A stretch of DNA of 64,000 nt, taken from contig OX597814.1 in NCBI GenBank assembly GCA_951406725.2, forward strand, positions 225,246,001 through 225,310,000. The letters are read 5' to 3'. Positions 28,813 to 44,627 of the stretch are shown piece after piece (position 1 is the first letter of the stretch; each line of letters begins with the position of its first letter). The translations under genes and the position numbers were made by a program. The notes under the pieces are model-generated. The model saw only the letters and a program-made list of their open reading frames with translations, was not told the DNA's origin and made no database searches. Source of the stretch: Octopus vulgaris (Eukaryota).

Positions 28813-30302
28813 CACACATTAGTATTAGAACTTAGTCCAAAAAATGGTTAATTAGTACCTGAGGCGTATATTTCGAGTGTGCTAGGTGTGCACTGCACAC
28901 CCATCCAAATGGCAAATTCGTTATAAATATTAACTTTACTCATTAATTTAATAACAAATTTTAATGAAAAACTTTTGTTATACCCTTGCTTGAAATTTGG
29001 TGGTATTGGTTGTGGTAGCACTCTCAATACAACAAAAACCGTGTGCAGCGCTGGATTAACCATTACAATACCTTAATTAAAATTCCAACCATCCTATTGC
29101 TGTAATTAAACCTATTATTAGAAGTATTTCATCTAGAAAATCGAGCCTTTCTTATAGCGAGGATATTTTCTCTCAGAAGCTTTAGTTAGAGCCTGATACA
29201 TTGAAAAGATGCATAATATTCATGGGGACAGTACTGGGAAAATACCTAAGGACAGACGACTATACTCACGAGAACATAGTCTTATTGATAAATATCAAGG
29301 TAATATTAATTCTTAAAATAGTAGTGTAATGTAATAATAGCATAATAATTTATTATTGTAATGATAAAAATATTGTACTTAATTACAATAATGATTAATT
29401 TTTGAAATTAATGTGGTAATGCTTTCCTTCTATATGCATGTTCGTATGTTTTTACGCACAAAATAAGAGTTCAACCAAGAAATGTGAAGCGATAAAATCA
29501 TTGAATAAAAAACAAATCATTCCTAAATAAAAGTCATTTCTATCAGTTACCTCCGGGGTCGATGCAATAAGAAAGACATTTACTCTGCATATTCGCAGAA
29601 AAATCAATTATTCATTGAGTCATTGTTACATGCTATATTGTGATGAATATTCAAGGAAAATATTCTTTGCAATGAAAATGTTTATTCAACTAACCTAAGA
29701 CCTTAGTTACTTAACTATTCTCTTTCTAAGATTTCATTAATAAACTGTTAACAGCAGGTTATTCTTCATTTTTTAATAGCAAGTAGTATGGTCGAAAACT
29801 TGATATTTTAATTTTCTTGTGACACATTCCTAGTGATAATAGCTGTTCAGTTTTCTCCAAGTCAGGTTTCTGTCGAACTATGATGTCATTGTAATTTAGA
29901 GGTAGTATCCATCTCAGCTATCTTTACTGTATTGTTAGGCAATTCATACATAGTAGTTTGGAAATCCGTTTCGAAACACGGCTTTATTAATTTAATCAAA
30001 TTTCTTCTCCTAATTTATACAGGTCATATTCTTCTGAGTGGCCATTAAAGGTATATGATGAATTTTAAGACAAGCGAAAAGAAAATGACGCAACACCTGC
30101 CACTAATATCTGTATCATATTCAACGAACGTCTCCTGAGTTCATGTATTTCTTGAACACTCACATAATCTAATTTCTCGGTTATTAATTCACATTATATA
30201 CGGAATAGTAACTGTTTGGTAATGGACCTACCATTATCGAGCAGCTACTGTTGTATATTTCAGAGAAATCGCTCTTTGAATACTATGGTTTAGCTTTCGC
30301 CT

Positions 30303-30430
30303 TTACTTGTTACTGGTTTCAGCCATCGGTCAGCGGCAATGCTGGGGCACCTCCTTGAAGTCTGTAATTAATCATATCGTTCTCTTTTGCAGGATGACCA
30401 AGTTGTCGGAACGTAAACAAACCGACACTG
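30303..30430 (-). mobile_element. SINE 3' fragment with tail shared with the LINE end at 41260-41490
   Basis: Minus strand GGTGCCCCAGCATTGCCGCTG...GGCTGAAACCAGT; related decayed copies at ~45440-45480 and ~51920-52120. Confidence 0.65.
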
Positions 30431-30470
30431 AGGAGAGATGACAAACATTACTACAAAGACATTCATATAT

Positions 30471-30517
<47 letters not shown>

Positions 30518-30826
30518 GTTTAAATATTTAGCTTCACTTACGCTAAATTCCAATGAGTTCCAGCTATGACATAGCTTCCATTGGCTTAACTTGCGTACAG
30601 ACACAAATAAGTGGAGACAAAGACACGCACAGTGATAAAATATCTTGACTACTGAAACAAGCTTTACTTATTTATTAAAATACATGAAACAACGAAGAAA
30701 AATATTTTACCACCTTTCAACTCTAAATATTCTGAATATACATGTTGTTTCTTCTTTTTATTTTTCGAGTTCGCTGGATTCTGTTCTTGAAGTGATCAAA
30801 ATGTAGAAATGTAGAGAATTAGTATA

Positions 30827-31046
30827 CGATAAACCTTCGCCATATCGCTGTTCGCCTATCGCGGTTTATTATATTTAGACTTACGTCGATTCCTCCGTGG
30901 TGTTGTTTTGCATTTATAAAATAAATATACATTTTATAAAAGTAATAGAAGAAAATATACAGTACAGTACTGTTTCTACTTCGCGGATTTTTTCTTATCG
31001 CGGTGTGCTTTGGAACGTAACACCCGCGATAGTCGAGGAATTACTG
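30827..31046. mobile_element. Tc1/mariner-pogo-type MITE
   Basis: Right TIR CGCGATAGTCGAGGAATTACTG+TA; decayed left TIR TA+CGATAAACCTTCGCCATATCGC; internal TATCGCGG repeats. Confidence 0.65.
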
Positions 31047-31129
31047 TAATACAGAGATGCAAGTGAAAAATCTTATGATACAATTCTTCTTTATTAAAAG
31101 GAAAGGTTAAGACTATTCTGTTATTAGTA

Positions 31130-31308
31130 AATTTTGGCACAAGCCCAGAATTTTTGGGGATGGGGTAAGTCGACTAGATCTATCCCAGTGCTTAACTGAT
31201 ATTTACTTTATCGACCCAAAACGATGAAAAACAGAGACGACTTCAGTAGAATTTGAACTCAGAACGTAAAAACGGACGAAATGCTGCTAACGATTCTACC
31301 AGCTCACC
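31130..31308 (-). mobile_element. tRNA-derived SINE, decayed
   Basis: GAATTTGAACTCAGAACGTAAA core on plus = minus-strand SINE. Confidence 0.8.
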
Positions 31309-31552
31309 AAATATATTAAATAAGCAATATATATGCAAGATAAAAAGAGAGCTTTATCAGAATGAACTACATAGTAATGGAAAAAAGGATATTAGCAGAG
31401 GACTAATAAAATTGACTTTTTTATGTTTACCAACAAGTGCTAAAGACAACTCTGAACATATGTGAACCTTATTTGACAATGGACGTAGAAGCATTGCCTC
31501 ATATATTTTTTGAGAGGTTAACAGAACGAATTTCTGAGTAAATACATAAATA

Positions 31553-31882
31553 ACATGGTCCAGTGCTTAGACCGTCGGGCTCACAAGCATCAGGTAATAA
31601 GTTCGATTTCCGGACCGGACTGTGTGTTATATCCTTGAGCAAGACACTTTATTTTCAAGTTGCTCCAGTTCACTCAGCTGTAGAAATGATTTGCAACTTA
31701 ACTGGTGCCAAGCTGTATCAAACTTTGCCTTTTCCATGGCTAACATCGGTGGTATGGAGAGAGGAGGCTGGTATGCACAGGCGACTGTAGATCTTCCATG
31801 AACAATCATACCCAGACTTGTTCCACGGAGTATAACTTTCTAGGTGCAATCCCATGGTCATTCATAACTGAAGGAGGTCTTT
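31553..31882 (+). mobile_element. tRNA-derived SINE, second head family
   Basis: TGGTCCAGTGCTTAG A box, GTTCGATTTCC B box, CCTTGAGCAAGACACTT core shared with 50627-51152. Confidence 0.75.
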
Positions 31883-32109
31883 ATCATTACATATGAATAT
31901 ATATTTGTTCAAAAATCTAAATGAGCTTTGGTTTCATAGTATGAAATCAAAAGTTTTACGGTTTAACATCTAATTATTGATAGTAACTTTAGATAAGAAA
32001 TACCAGTCACGGTTATGAAGCAAATTATGATGAAAAACTATCTGACAGAAGTAACATTAATGCTGTGAGAATTTGGGAGGCCATATCTGTCGGTAGCAAT
32101 AAAATACTG

Positions 32110-32321
32110 GTTTCAAATTTTGGCACGAGGCCAACGGGTTTATGGAGAGAGGCTAATCCGATTAACTCGATCCCACTGTTCAACTGGCACTTATTTGATC
32201 GACCCAGATAGGATGAAAAGTAAAGTCGACCTCTAAGGAATTTGAACTCAAAACGTGAAGACGGACGAAATGCCGCTAAATATTTTGCCCAGCGTGCTAA
32301 GAATTTTGTCAGTTCGCCGTC
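32110..32321 (-). mobile_element. tRNA-derived SINE
   Basis: Core GGATGAAAAGTAAAGTCGACCTC..GGAATTTGAACTC. Confidence 0.85.
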
Positions 32322-32858
32322 TTCGGCAGCGGTAAAATATCGAGAATAAAAATTAGTTAGTGAGCCTGTTGAATGTTGGGGGTCAGTATCCAAGAAAACC
32401 ATAGAAATGTTCTTCATCAGAATGTCCTTATTAATCCATAATTAATGAAAATAAATCTTCTTTAAACCTTGAAGACTATTAACATATTTCTCAATGGTTC
32501 TATTTGTTATAAAAATTAAAACCAACATAGAAAAGTTATTTTTACACCACACCAAGTCATAAATATATGTCATAAAAATATGAAAAAATACATTATATAC
32601 GTTAACGAATATCAAATTGTTCATAGTAGAAAAAGCCCCAAAAAATGCAAAAAGAAAACAAGCAGGCCTATTAAGGCACCATTGTGTACTACAAACCCCA
32701 AAATGTACCACAAAACTGGAAAGTTTGAATACCATAAGCGTCTGGAATGTGACTCTTCCTGATTTCCTTGTACTTCTTTTCAGTTTGTTATATAAGCATA
32801 AATATGTTATAAATTGATTTGATACCTGATGACTACCTGTTTATGCTTTCATTCCTAT

Positions 32859-32871
32859 GTACATACATACA

Positions 32872-32905
<34 letters not shown>

Positions 32906-32911
32906 CATACA

Positions 32912-32945
<34 letters not shown>

Positions 32946-32963
32946 CATACATACATACATACA

Positions 32964-32997
<34 letters not shown>

Positions 32998-32999
32998 CA

Positions 33000-33033
<34 letters not shown>

Positions 33034-33043
33034 CATACATACA

Positions 33044-33077
<34 letters not shown>

Positions 33078-33321
33078 CATACATGCATGCATACATACAT
33101 ACATACATACATACATACATACATACATACATACATACATACATACATACATACATACATACACATACATACATACATACATACATACATACATGCATAC
33201 ATACATACATACATACATACATGCATGCATACATACATACATACATACATACATACATGCATGCATACATACATACATACATACATACATACATACATGC
33301 ATGCATACATACATACATACA

Positions 33322-33355
<34 letters not shown>

Positions 33356-34711
33356 CATGCATACATACATAAATACATACATACATAAATACATACATAC
33401 ATATATACATACATACATATATACATACATGCATGCATACATACATACATACATACATACATACATGCATACATACATACATACATACATACATACATAC
33501 ATACATACATACATACATACATACATACATACATACATACATACATACATACATACATACATACATACATACATACATACATACATACATACATACATAC
33601 ATACATACATACATACATACATACATACATACATACATACATACATACATACATACATACATACATACATACATACATACATACATACATACATACATAC
33701 ATACATACATACATACATACATACATACATACATACATACATACATACATACATACATACATACATACATACATACATACATACATACATACATACATAC
33801 ATACATACATACATACATACATACATACATACATACATACATACATACATACATACATACATACATACATACATACATACATACATACATACATACATAC
33901 ATACATACATACATACATACATGCATGCATACATACATACATACATACATACATACATACATACATACATACATACATACATACATACATACATACATAC
34001 ATACATACATACATACATACATACATACATACATACATACATACATACATACATACATACATACATACATACATACATACATACATACATACATACATAC
34101 ATAAATACATACATACATAAATACATACATACATATACATACATACATACATACATACATACATACATACATACATACATACATACATACATACATACAT
34201 ACATACATACATACATACATACATACATACATACATACATACATACATACATACATACATACATACATACATACATACATACATACATACATACATACAT
34301 ACATACATACATACATACATACATACATACATACATACATACATACATACATACATACATACATACATACATACATACATACATACATACATACATACAT
34401 ACATACATACATACATACATACATACATACATACATACATACATACATACATACATACATACATACATACATACATACATACATACATACATACATACAT
34501 ACATACATACATACATACATACATACATACATACATACATACATACATACATACATACATACATACATACATACATACATACATACATACATACATACAT
34601 ACATACATAAATACATACATACATAAATACATACATACATATATACATACATACATATATACATACATGCATGCATACATACATACATACATACATACAT
34701 ACATACATACA

Positions 34712-34745
<34 letters not shown>

Positions 34746-35315
34746 CATACATACATACATACATACATACATACATACATACATACATACATACATACAT
34801 ACATACATACATACATACATACATACATACATACATACATACATACATACATACATACATACATACATACATACATACATACATACATACATACATACAT
34901 ACATACATACATACATACATACATACATACATACATACATACATACATACATACATACATACATACATACATACATACATACATACATACATACATACAT
35001 ACATACATACATACATACATACATACATACATACATACATACATACATACATACATACATACATACATACATACATACATACATACATACATACATACAT
35101 ACATACATACATACATACATACATACATACATACATACATACATACATACATACATACATACATACATACATACATACATACATACATACATACATACAT
35201 ACATACATACATACATACATACATACATACATACATACATACATACATACATACATACATACATACATACATACATACATACATACATACATACATACAT
35301 ACATACATACATACA

Positions 35316-35381
<66 letters not shown>

Positions 35382-35407
35382 CATACATACATACATACAT
35401 ACATACA

Positions 35408-35439
<32 letters not shown>

Positions 35440-37777
35440 CATACATACATACATACATACATACATACATACATACATACATACATACATACATACATAC
35501 ATACATACATACATACATACATACATACATACATACATACATACATACATACATACATACATACATACATACATACATACATACATACATACATACATAC
35601 ATACATACATACATACATACATACATACATACATACATACATACATACATACATACATACATACATACATACATACATACATACATACATACATACATAC
35701 ATACATACATACATACATACATACATACATACATACATACATACATACATACATACATACATACATACATACATACATACATACATACATACATACATAC
35801 ATACATACATACATACATACATACATACATACATACATACATACATACATACATACATACATACATACATACATACATACATACATACATACATACATAC
35901 ATACATACATACATACATACATACATACATACATACATACATACATACATACATACATACATACATACATACATACATACATACATACATACATACATAC
36001 ATACATACATACATACATACATACATACATACATACATACATACATACATACATACATACATACATACATACATACATACATACATACATACATACATAC
36101 ATACATACATACATACATACATACATACATACATACATACATACATACATACATACATACATACATACATACATACATACATACATACATACATACATAC
36201 ATACATACATACATACATACATACATACATACATACATACATACATACATACATACATACATACATACATACATACATACATACATACATACATACATAC
36301 ATACATACATACATACATACATACATACATACATACATACATACATACATACATACATACATACATACATACATACATACATACATACATACATACATAC
36401 ATACATACATACATACATACATACATACATACATACATACATACATACATACATACATACATACATACATACATACATACATACATACATACATACATAC
36501 ATACATACATACATACATACATACATACATACATACATACATACATACATACATACATACATACATACATACATACATACATACATACATACATACATAC
36601 ATACATACATACATACATACATACATACATACATACATACATACATACATACATACATACATACATACATACATACATACATACATACATACATACATAC
36701 ATACATACATACATACATACATACATACATACATACATACATACATACATACATACATACATACATACATACATACATACATACATACATACATACATAC
36801 ATACATACATACATACATACATACATACATACATACATACATACATACATACATACATACATACATACATACATACATACATACATACATACATACATAC
36901 ATACATACATACATACATACATACATACATACATACATACATACATACATACATACATACATACATACATACATACATACATACATACATACATACATAC
37001 ATACATACATACATACATACATACATACATACATACATACATACATACATACATACATACATACATACATACATACATACATACATACATACATACATAC
37101 ATACATACATACATACATACATACATACATACATACATACATACATACATACATACATACATACATACATACATACATACATACATACATACATACATAC
37201 ATACATACATACATACATACATACATACATACATACATACATACATACATACATACATACATACATACATACATACATACATACATACATACATACATAC
37301 ATACATACATACATACATACATACATACATACATACATACATACATACATACATACATACATACATACATACATACATACATACATACATACATACATAC
37401 ATACATACATACATACATACATACATACATACATACATACATACATACATACATACATACATACATACATACATACATACATACATACATACATACATAC
37501 ATACATACATACATACATACATACATACATACATACATACATACATACATACATACATACATACATACATACATACATACATACATACATACATACATAC
37601 ATACATACATACATACATACATACATACATACATACATACATACATACATACATACATACATACATACATACATACATACATACATACATACATACATAC
37701 ATACATACATACATACATACATACATACATACATACATACATACATACATACATACATACATACATACATACATACA

Positions 37778-37811
<34 letters not shown>

Positions 37812-38437
37812 CATACATACATACATACATACATACATACATACATACATACATACATACATACATACATACATACATACATACATACATACATACATAC
37901 ATACATACATACATACATACATACATACATACATACATACATACATACATACATACATACATACATACATACATACATACATACATACATACATACATAC
38001 ATACATACATACATACATACATACATACATACATACATACATACATACATACATACATACATACATACATACATACATACATACATACATACATACATAC
38101 ATACATACATACATACATACATACATACATACATACATACATACATACATACATACATACATACATACATACATACATACATACATACATACATACATAC
38201 ATACATACATACATACATACATACATACATACATACATACATACATACATACATACATACATACATACATACATACATACATACATACATACATACATAC
38301 ATACATACATACATACATACATACATACATACATACATACATACATACATACATACATACATACATACATACATACATACATACATACATACATACATAC
38401 ATACATACATACATACATACATACATACATACATACA

Positions 38438-38471
<34 letters not shown>

Positions 38472-38879
38472 CATACATACATACATACATACATACACAT
38501 ACATACATATATACATACATACATACATACATACATACATACATACATACATACATACATACATACATACATACATACATACATACATACATACATACAT
38601 ACATACATACATACATACATACATACATACATACATACATACATACATACATACATACATACATACATACATACATACATACATACATACATACATACAT
38701 ACATACATACATACATACATACATACATACATACATACATACATACATACATACATACATACATACATACATACATACATACATACATACATACATACAT
38801 ACATACATACATACATACATACATACATACATACATACATACATACATACATACATACATACATACATACATACATACA

Positions 38880-38913
<34 letters not shown>

Positions 38914-39015
38914 CATACATACATACATGCATACATACATACATACATACATACATACATACATACATACATACATACATACATACATACATACATACAT
39001 GCATGCATACATACA
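32859..39015. repeat. ~6.2 kb (ATAC)n tetranucleotide array
   Basis: Direct; source of the ~2000-aa MYVC/YIHT ORFs. Confidence 0.98.
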
Positions 39016-39292
39016 AATATATATATACATACAAGTTTTCTGTCTAATTGCAACACGTTTTCTATTTAATGAATGGGCCCTTGTGACCAATAAAAAGGAT
39101 TGTAATCATTATTAAATCAATATAATATAATACTTCATACGCAATCTCACTATATTAATATCCTGTAGAGAATTTTTCTTTTCAATGAGTTTGGTTGGAA
39201 ACTCTACACCAGAGCTAAATATTATTGTTAAAACTACTACTACTACTACTACTGATTGTCAGAAATCATTTTTATTAAACTGTCTCTTAGTA

Positions 39293-39512
39293 TGGCGGTG
39301 AGCTGGCAGAATCGTTAGAGCGTTGCTAAAAATGCTGAGTAGTTTTTATTCCGATTCTTTGCATCCTGAATTCAAATGTTTCTGATTTTAAAGTTGCCTT
39401 TTCACCCGTTCGGAGTCGATAAAATAAAGTAACAGTTAAGTACTGTAGCTGATGATAACGACTAACGTCAAATAAACGTCAAAATTGTTGGCCTTGCTCC
39501 TAAATCGGAAAC
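39293..39512 (+). mobile_element. tRNA-derived SINE, decayed
   Basis: GGCGGTGAGCTGGCAGAATCGTTAG head. Confidence 0.8.
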
Positions 39513-41259
39513 TATTATGCTCCCTTAGCTCGGCTGGATGCCTTGCATATGTGGACTAACAGAAATGGGAACTCGTGATAATTATGGTTGTCAGCGGATT
39601 TTAGGAACGTAAGTAAACAAAATTCAACAAAAGCTGAATCTGACGAAATATCTCTGCTCTTCCGCACCATTTACTTCACTACAACAACCAAAACAATGAA
39701 AGCAAATCAGATGCATCGACAATAAAGCTGGTAGCTATTTTAAAAGTAGGCAAGAAGTTTCCAAGGCATTTCAATTTGCTTTGATGAATTTTCACGCCAC
39801 GTTCAGTTTGCTCCTAAATACTCTGCTACAGCCATTGCATCTACTTTGCGCTTTACCCTCCTGTCTTGTTGACTCCAATTTCTTATCCAATTTCATATTC
39901 TGAAAATTACAAACATCTGAAAGAACCCACCAAGGAAATAGGCACAGCAGCTGAAGCCAGCTCAAGATGGTTATGGTTAATAAGAGACCGCAAGTGGAAT
40001 CATTCCGTAGGTGAAAAAAGACTAGTTCAGTCCTCGCCGCCACACTCGGGGGAAGCATACAGACTAAGGGGCGAAATGTTTATGACCGTGCGATACCTGT
40101 TTACAATACGGGTTTCCAGCATTGCAATAGATTTAGAAGAGCTTGCAAAATCTCTGAGTAGCTCCTGTAGTTTCTACGTAGGGCAAAGCATCTCTGATAT
40201 TTTTTCACTTATTTCACTTTCATCGCAAAACTAAAATCAACAACAGTTAAGTAAATGAAGCTTTGTAACACAAAAATTTCAGTTCGATCTAATCTATATT
40301 CTCGGCGTATTCTTTTATGCACTCATTTAAATAAATAGCCTGGGTCATATAAAATACATTCCACGATAAAATAATAATTCAGTGCATTTCTCAGTCATGG
40401 AGCAATACTTGGCCTCCTTGGGAATAGGGCCTCATAGAGAATATTCAAAAAGGTTATGTTTATAGATACTCTTTATTCAGTGTATATCGTTAGCACTATG
40501 CCGGGTACATGCACCATATATGCGATGGTTGCTTGTCAATAAATATATTTTATGGCAAATTGGTTCTCGTACCACGATGACATTCGTCTCGATTTTAGAA
40601 ATATGTTCCACAGCGAAATATTAACACCACAAGCAGCATTCAAAATTTGGTTGCTGCAGTAGAAATAAACTTGTAAAGATTGGAAATTCTCAGCTGAGAC
40701 AAGAACCTGAACAGAAGGTATGTATTGATTTGAGACAATTGCCAGCGTTCAAGACAACAGTTTATCGGTGTACATAATTGGACATATAAAAATGATCACT
40801 TTTAGTAGTTTAACAATATTTTTGCCTCTGCCTTCGAAACGTTGATGTTGATACCGTAGTGTTGGGTGTTTTGGAACAGATTCAATTATGTGATGTAAAA
40901 ATGAATCACTTGAAAGAAGGCAATATTTAAAGCACTCAAAGCACCTGAGTGAAGTTCATGCTCAGAACTGCCGTCTGTGTCTTTATGAACGTGCATCCTT
41001 ATATTATACACTAAGACATGAGATGAATAACTGATAGTCATTCAACTCACCAAAAAACAGCAGCACAATCTTCTCCGCTCCATACCCTTTCGTCTTAATA
41101 GAAGAGATTTATTCGATAATGCCATCCTAGAAGTTTAACAGTAAAACCCGGTTCATGTTTACCGCATACAGTTCCAGTATGCAATATCCCACAGGTCTTA
41201 CTCGTACAAGACGTGATGGTCGCGAATGGAAAGCTTATAATAACTGGTGTTCTCGACTA

Positions 41260-41490
41260 GCGTTGACCAAGGTGTCTTCAAAATAAAGCTGGACTTCTTC
41301 CTGTCAGGTGTCCCAGATGAACCAACTACGCGGCAGGAGGTGCAGATGAGGGCAGCTGCATCAAACTCTCTCATGCACCAAATGTCAATTGCTAAAAAGC
41401 ATTCGTGAAGTAAAATCGTGTAGCAACACCAAATGGCAGTGCCCCAGCGTGGCCACAGCTCGTGAGCTGAAACTAGATGAAATAAAAAAA
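41260..41490 (+). mobile_element. 3' end of an APE-type LINE (CR1/L2-group-like; clade uncertain)
   Basis: Translates VFKIKLDFFLSGVPDEP...RAAASNSLMHQM...*, then short 3'UTR and A-rich tail. Confidence 0.7.
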
Positions 41491-42096
41491 ATGAAATAAA
41501 ATAAGGGGCAAAAACAACAACAAAACAATACATTGTAGTAAAAATATTCATTAAAATAGCTGAAATTTCTCAGAGAGTTTCTTAATATATCAATTCTCAA
41601 AAACTGTTTCTAAAATTATTAAAACCATAACTACAGTCATACTAACAAGATCTCTTATGACAAGACACAAGCCCAATTTTTGCTTGAAGGATTAACTGTA
41701 TATTTCAAGCTCCTAAGTTAGATACGATAAAACCCATTAAGGTATTACTAGCAATTTAATTACCAATAACACATCCTTTTCTAATGGACGTATAAAGCTG
41801 TTGAGGAAATTTTTATTCATTTATTGGAACTAATTTGAAAACTGATTTCGTGTCTCAGCTGAAAACTGATTTCAACTCACAGCTGAAGCAATTTCACCAC
41901 AATTACATTGTTAGTTTCTTGAGGATAAACATAAATATTATATAACCTCATATTCTTCTTCTTTAAACGTGGTGATATAATAAATCATTAATATTCGGTA
42001 GCAGGTATTTTAGGGAACCTGGTGAGAATCCTCTGAAACGAATCTGAAGTTTTAGTTAGTAATCGCTCCGTTTAATGTAACCGACAAAAATATATG

Positions 42097-42550
42097 AGTT
42101 TTTTTCGGTTTGAACGGCAGTTTTTTTCTAGCAGTGTCATATGAAATTGTCACTCATAATTATGACCCTAAAATCGATCTATTGCATTTCAATCTATTTT
42201 AGGGTTAGAGTTAGTTAGGGTTAGTTAGGGTTAGTTAGGGCTAGGGTTAGGGTTAGGGGGAAGGATATCTTTTTTTCTTCACAAATGTAAATAAACCCAA
42301 TCTGTTTCTTAAACGAGGGACATATTCATACGGCACAGAATGTTTTTTACCTCAATAGACGGTCAGTGATTGGTTGAAATTGCAGAAATTGAAGAAAAAA
42401 GCAACAAATATCTTACAAACTATAGAATTTTCTCAATAAAGCCAAGAGAAAAAGATGTTTTATAAACACATTCTACCAGTATACGAAGTTTAAAATTTTT
42501 TAGTTACCTAGAAATTATGCTAAAAACTGCCGTTCAAACCGAAAAGATCC
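42097..42550. mobile_element. MITE with ~29-bp TIRs and internal TTAGGG-like tract
   Basis: TTTTCGGTTTGAACGGCAGTTTTT / AAAAACTGCCGTTCAAACCGAAAA; 8-9 bp TSD AATATATG(A) at 42089 and 42551. Confidence 0.9.
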
Positions 42551-42870
42551 AATATATGAATATCAAATCATGTTAATTATGCATGTTCTCTATATATACA
42601 GCGATATTCTCATCTGAGAAACTCTTATTTTTGATATAGGGTTTGTGGTATCATTCAAATGATATGTCATACTTTAACCTCTTTCCTTTTATTTTCTGAC
42701 AGTTGCAGAATTTTTATTATTTTGATATTTTGTAAAGCACGAATATGCAAATCCACTTAAAGTTATATTTTCGGCAATTTATGCATAAGATGCTCTCGCC
42801 TATACACTCCACCCTTCATATGTTGACGTGCACTTCACCGGTGAAGAAGCTTTAGGTTATCGATCTCAGT

Positions 42871-43084
42871 TAAGGCGGCGAGCTGGCAGGATCGCTAGCA
42901 CGCCGGGCGAAATGCTTAGCTGTATTTCGTCTACCGCTAGGCTCTGAGTTCAAAATCCTCCGAGGTCGACTTTGCCTTTCATCCTTTCGAGGTCGATAAA
43001 TTAAGTACCAGTTGAGTACTGGGGTCGAGGTAATTGACTTACCCCTTCTCCCAAAATGTCAGGCCTTGTACCTATAGTAGAAAT
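42871..43084 (+). mobile_element. tRNA-derived SINE, full length
   Basis: 16-bp TSD GGTTATCGATCTCAGT (42855-42870; 43085-43100); inserted into an older SINE. Confidence 0.92.
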
Positions 43085-43216
43085 GGTTATCGATCTCAGT
43101 ACTTATTTTTATCGATTTTGGAAGCGTGAAATAAGCCTTAGTGAGATTTGAACTTAGAGCGTAAAGAAATCTAACCGAACTGCGCAAGTTGTGCTAATCG
43201 GTTTATTTCTGTCTTT

Positions 43217-43596
43217 GAGGGCGGCGACCTGGCAGAATCGTTAGCATGCCGGGCGAAATGCGTAGCCGTGTTTCGTCTGCCATTACGTTCTGAGTTCAAA
43301 TTCCGCCGAAGTCGACTTTGCTTTTCATCCTTTCGGGGTCGATAAATTAACTACCAGTTACGCACTGGGGTTGATATAATCGACTTAATCCATTTATCTG
43401 TCCTTGTTTGTCCCCTCTATGTTTAGCCCCTTGTGGGTAGTAAAGAAATTGGCATTTCGTCCGCCTGTACGTTCGACTTTACCTTTCACCCTTTCGGAGT
43501 CGATAAAATAAATACCAGTTAAACACTGGGGTCGATGTAATCGTCTTAACCCCTTTCCCCCCAAAATTACTGGCCTTGTGTCAAAATCTGAACCCA
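43217..43596 (+). mobile_element. Full-length SINE with Tx1-like tail (43217-43449) followed by a partial SINE
   Basis: Head GGCGGCGACCTGGCAGAATCGTTAG; tail TTTGTCCCCTCTATGTTTAGCCCCTTGTGGGTAGTAAAGAAAT. Confidence 0.88.
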
Positions 43597-44247
43597 ATAT
43601 TTGTTTCTTTGTCAGTCAGGCTGCTTTACTTTTGCTTGCCGAACGCTTTCGAGTTTCGTTCTATTTTCAGAAGGCTTTAAATTTTATTTTAAAGAAGACA
43701 GATAATCAATTTTTCCTGATTCGTCGTCTTTTCAACGCAGCTATGTTCTACGAGTTAGACAATACATCTCATTAAGCCTCTGCCCACAGTTTTATTACGA
43801 ACGATCCTCAGACATGCTTAAAAAACATTATTAGTGTGTTTGGGAAAATAATAATTTAAAAGAAATTGTAAACTTCCACTTTGTCCAATAAATTCACGAT
43901 AAAGACAAAAACCGCAGCTGGTGACGAAAAGCTGCAGTGGTGGCTTCAGGTTACATGTTGACACTGCATAATAGTGTAGCTGTTTGTCTTTTTTGAAACG
44001 TAATGAAATATCACGAAGTCCTTATTAAAAATAAAATATGTTCATTTTAAAAAGAGCTGACGAGAATACTCTGACTTCGTGAAGAACAATGAACGCCGTA
44101 AAGAAGCGATAAACCCTGGGAGGTTACGCGGCTTCAGTTGTTGGTTGTGAGTGACCGGCTAACTTATGTTTCGAGGAGTATAAGTATGAAAATTACAAGC
44201 GACTCGACAATTTATTGCTTCGTGTTTGTTTGTTGCTTGCTGGACGT

Positions 44248-44437
44248 GAGAGAGAGAGAGAGAAAGAGAGAGAGAGACAGAGAGAGACAGAGAGAAACAG
44301 AGACAGAGACAGAGAGAGAGGGAGAGAGAGACAGAGAGGGAGAGGGAGAGACAGAGAGAGAAGGAGAGGGAGAGAGAGACAGAGAGGGAGAGGGAGAGAC
44401 AGAGAGGGAGAGGGAGAGACACAGAGAGAGGGAGAGG

Positions 44438-44500
<63 letters not shown>
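44248..44500. repeat. (GA)n/(GACA/GGGA) compound repeat
   Basis: Direct. Confidence 0.95.
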
Positions 44501-44504
<4 letters not shown>

Positions 44505-44627
44505 TATGTACTTCAGTGCAGAGAATCACGTTTTTTGTAGATTTTAAGTTGGAAAGTATTTTTTCTCTCTCGGTGGAAGGCAAGAAAACAGAACACCGAT
44601 ATTTCATCATAAGATCTATTATTATTC

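Noticed and set aside
32819-39115. ORFs of 1400-2085 aa (MYVC / YIHT repeats)
   Set aside because: Stop-free translations of (ATAC)n; not genes
39792-40720. Possible host exons or pseudogene
   Set aside because: Short ORFs without recognisable domains; candidate AG..GT exon 40599-40717 has stops in all three frames
42199-42260. True telomere or chromosome-fusion scar
   Set aside because: Short, degenerate and internal to a TSD-bounded MITE
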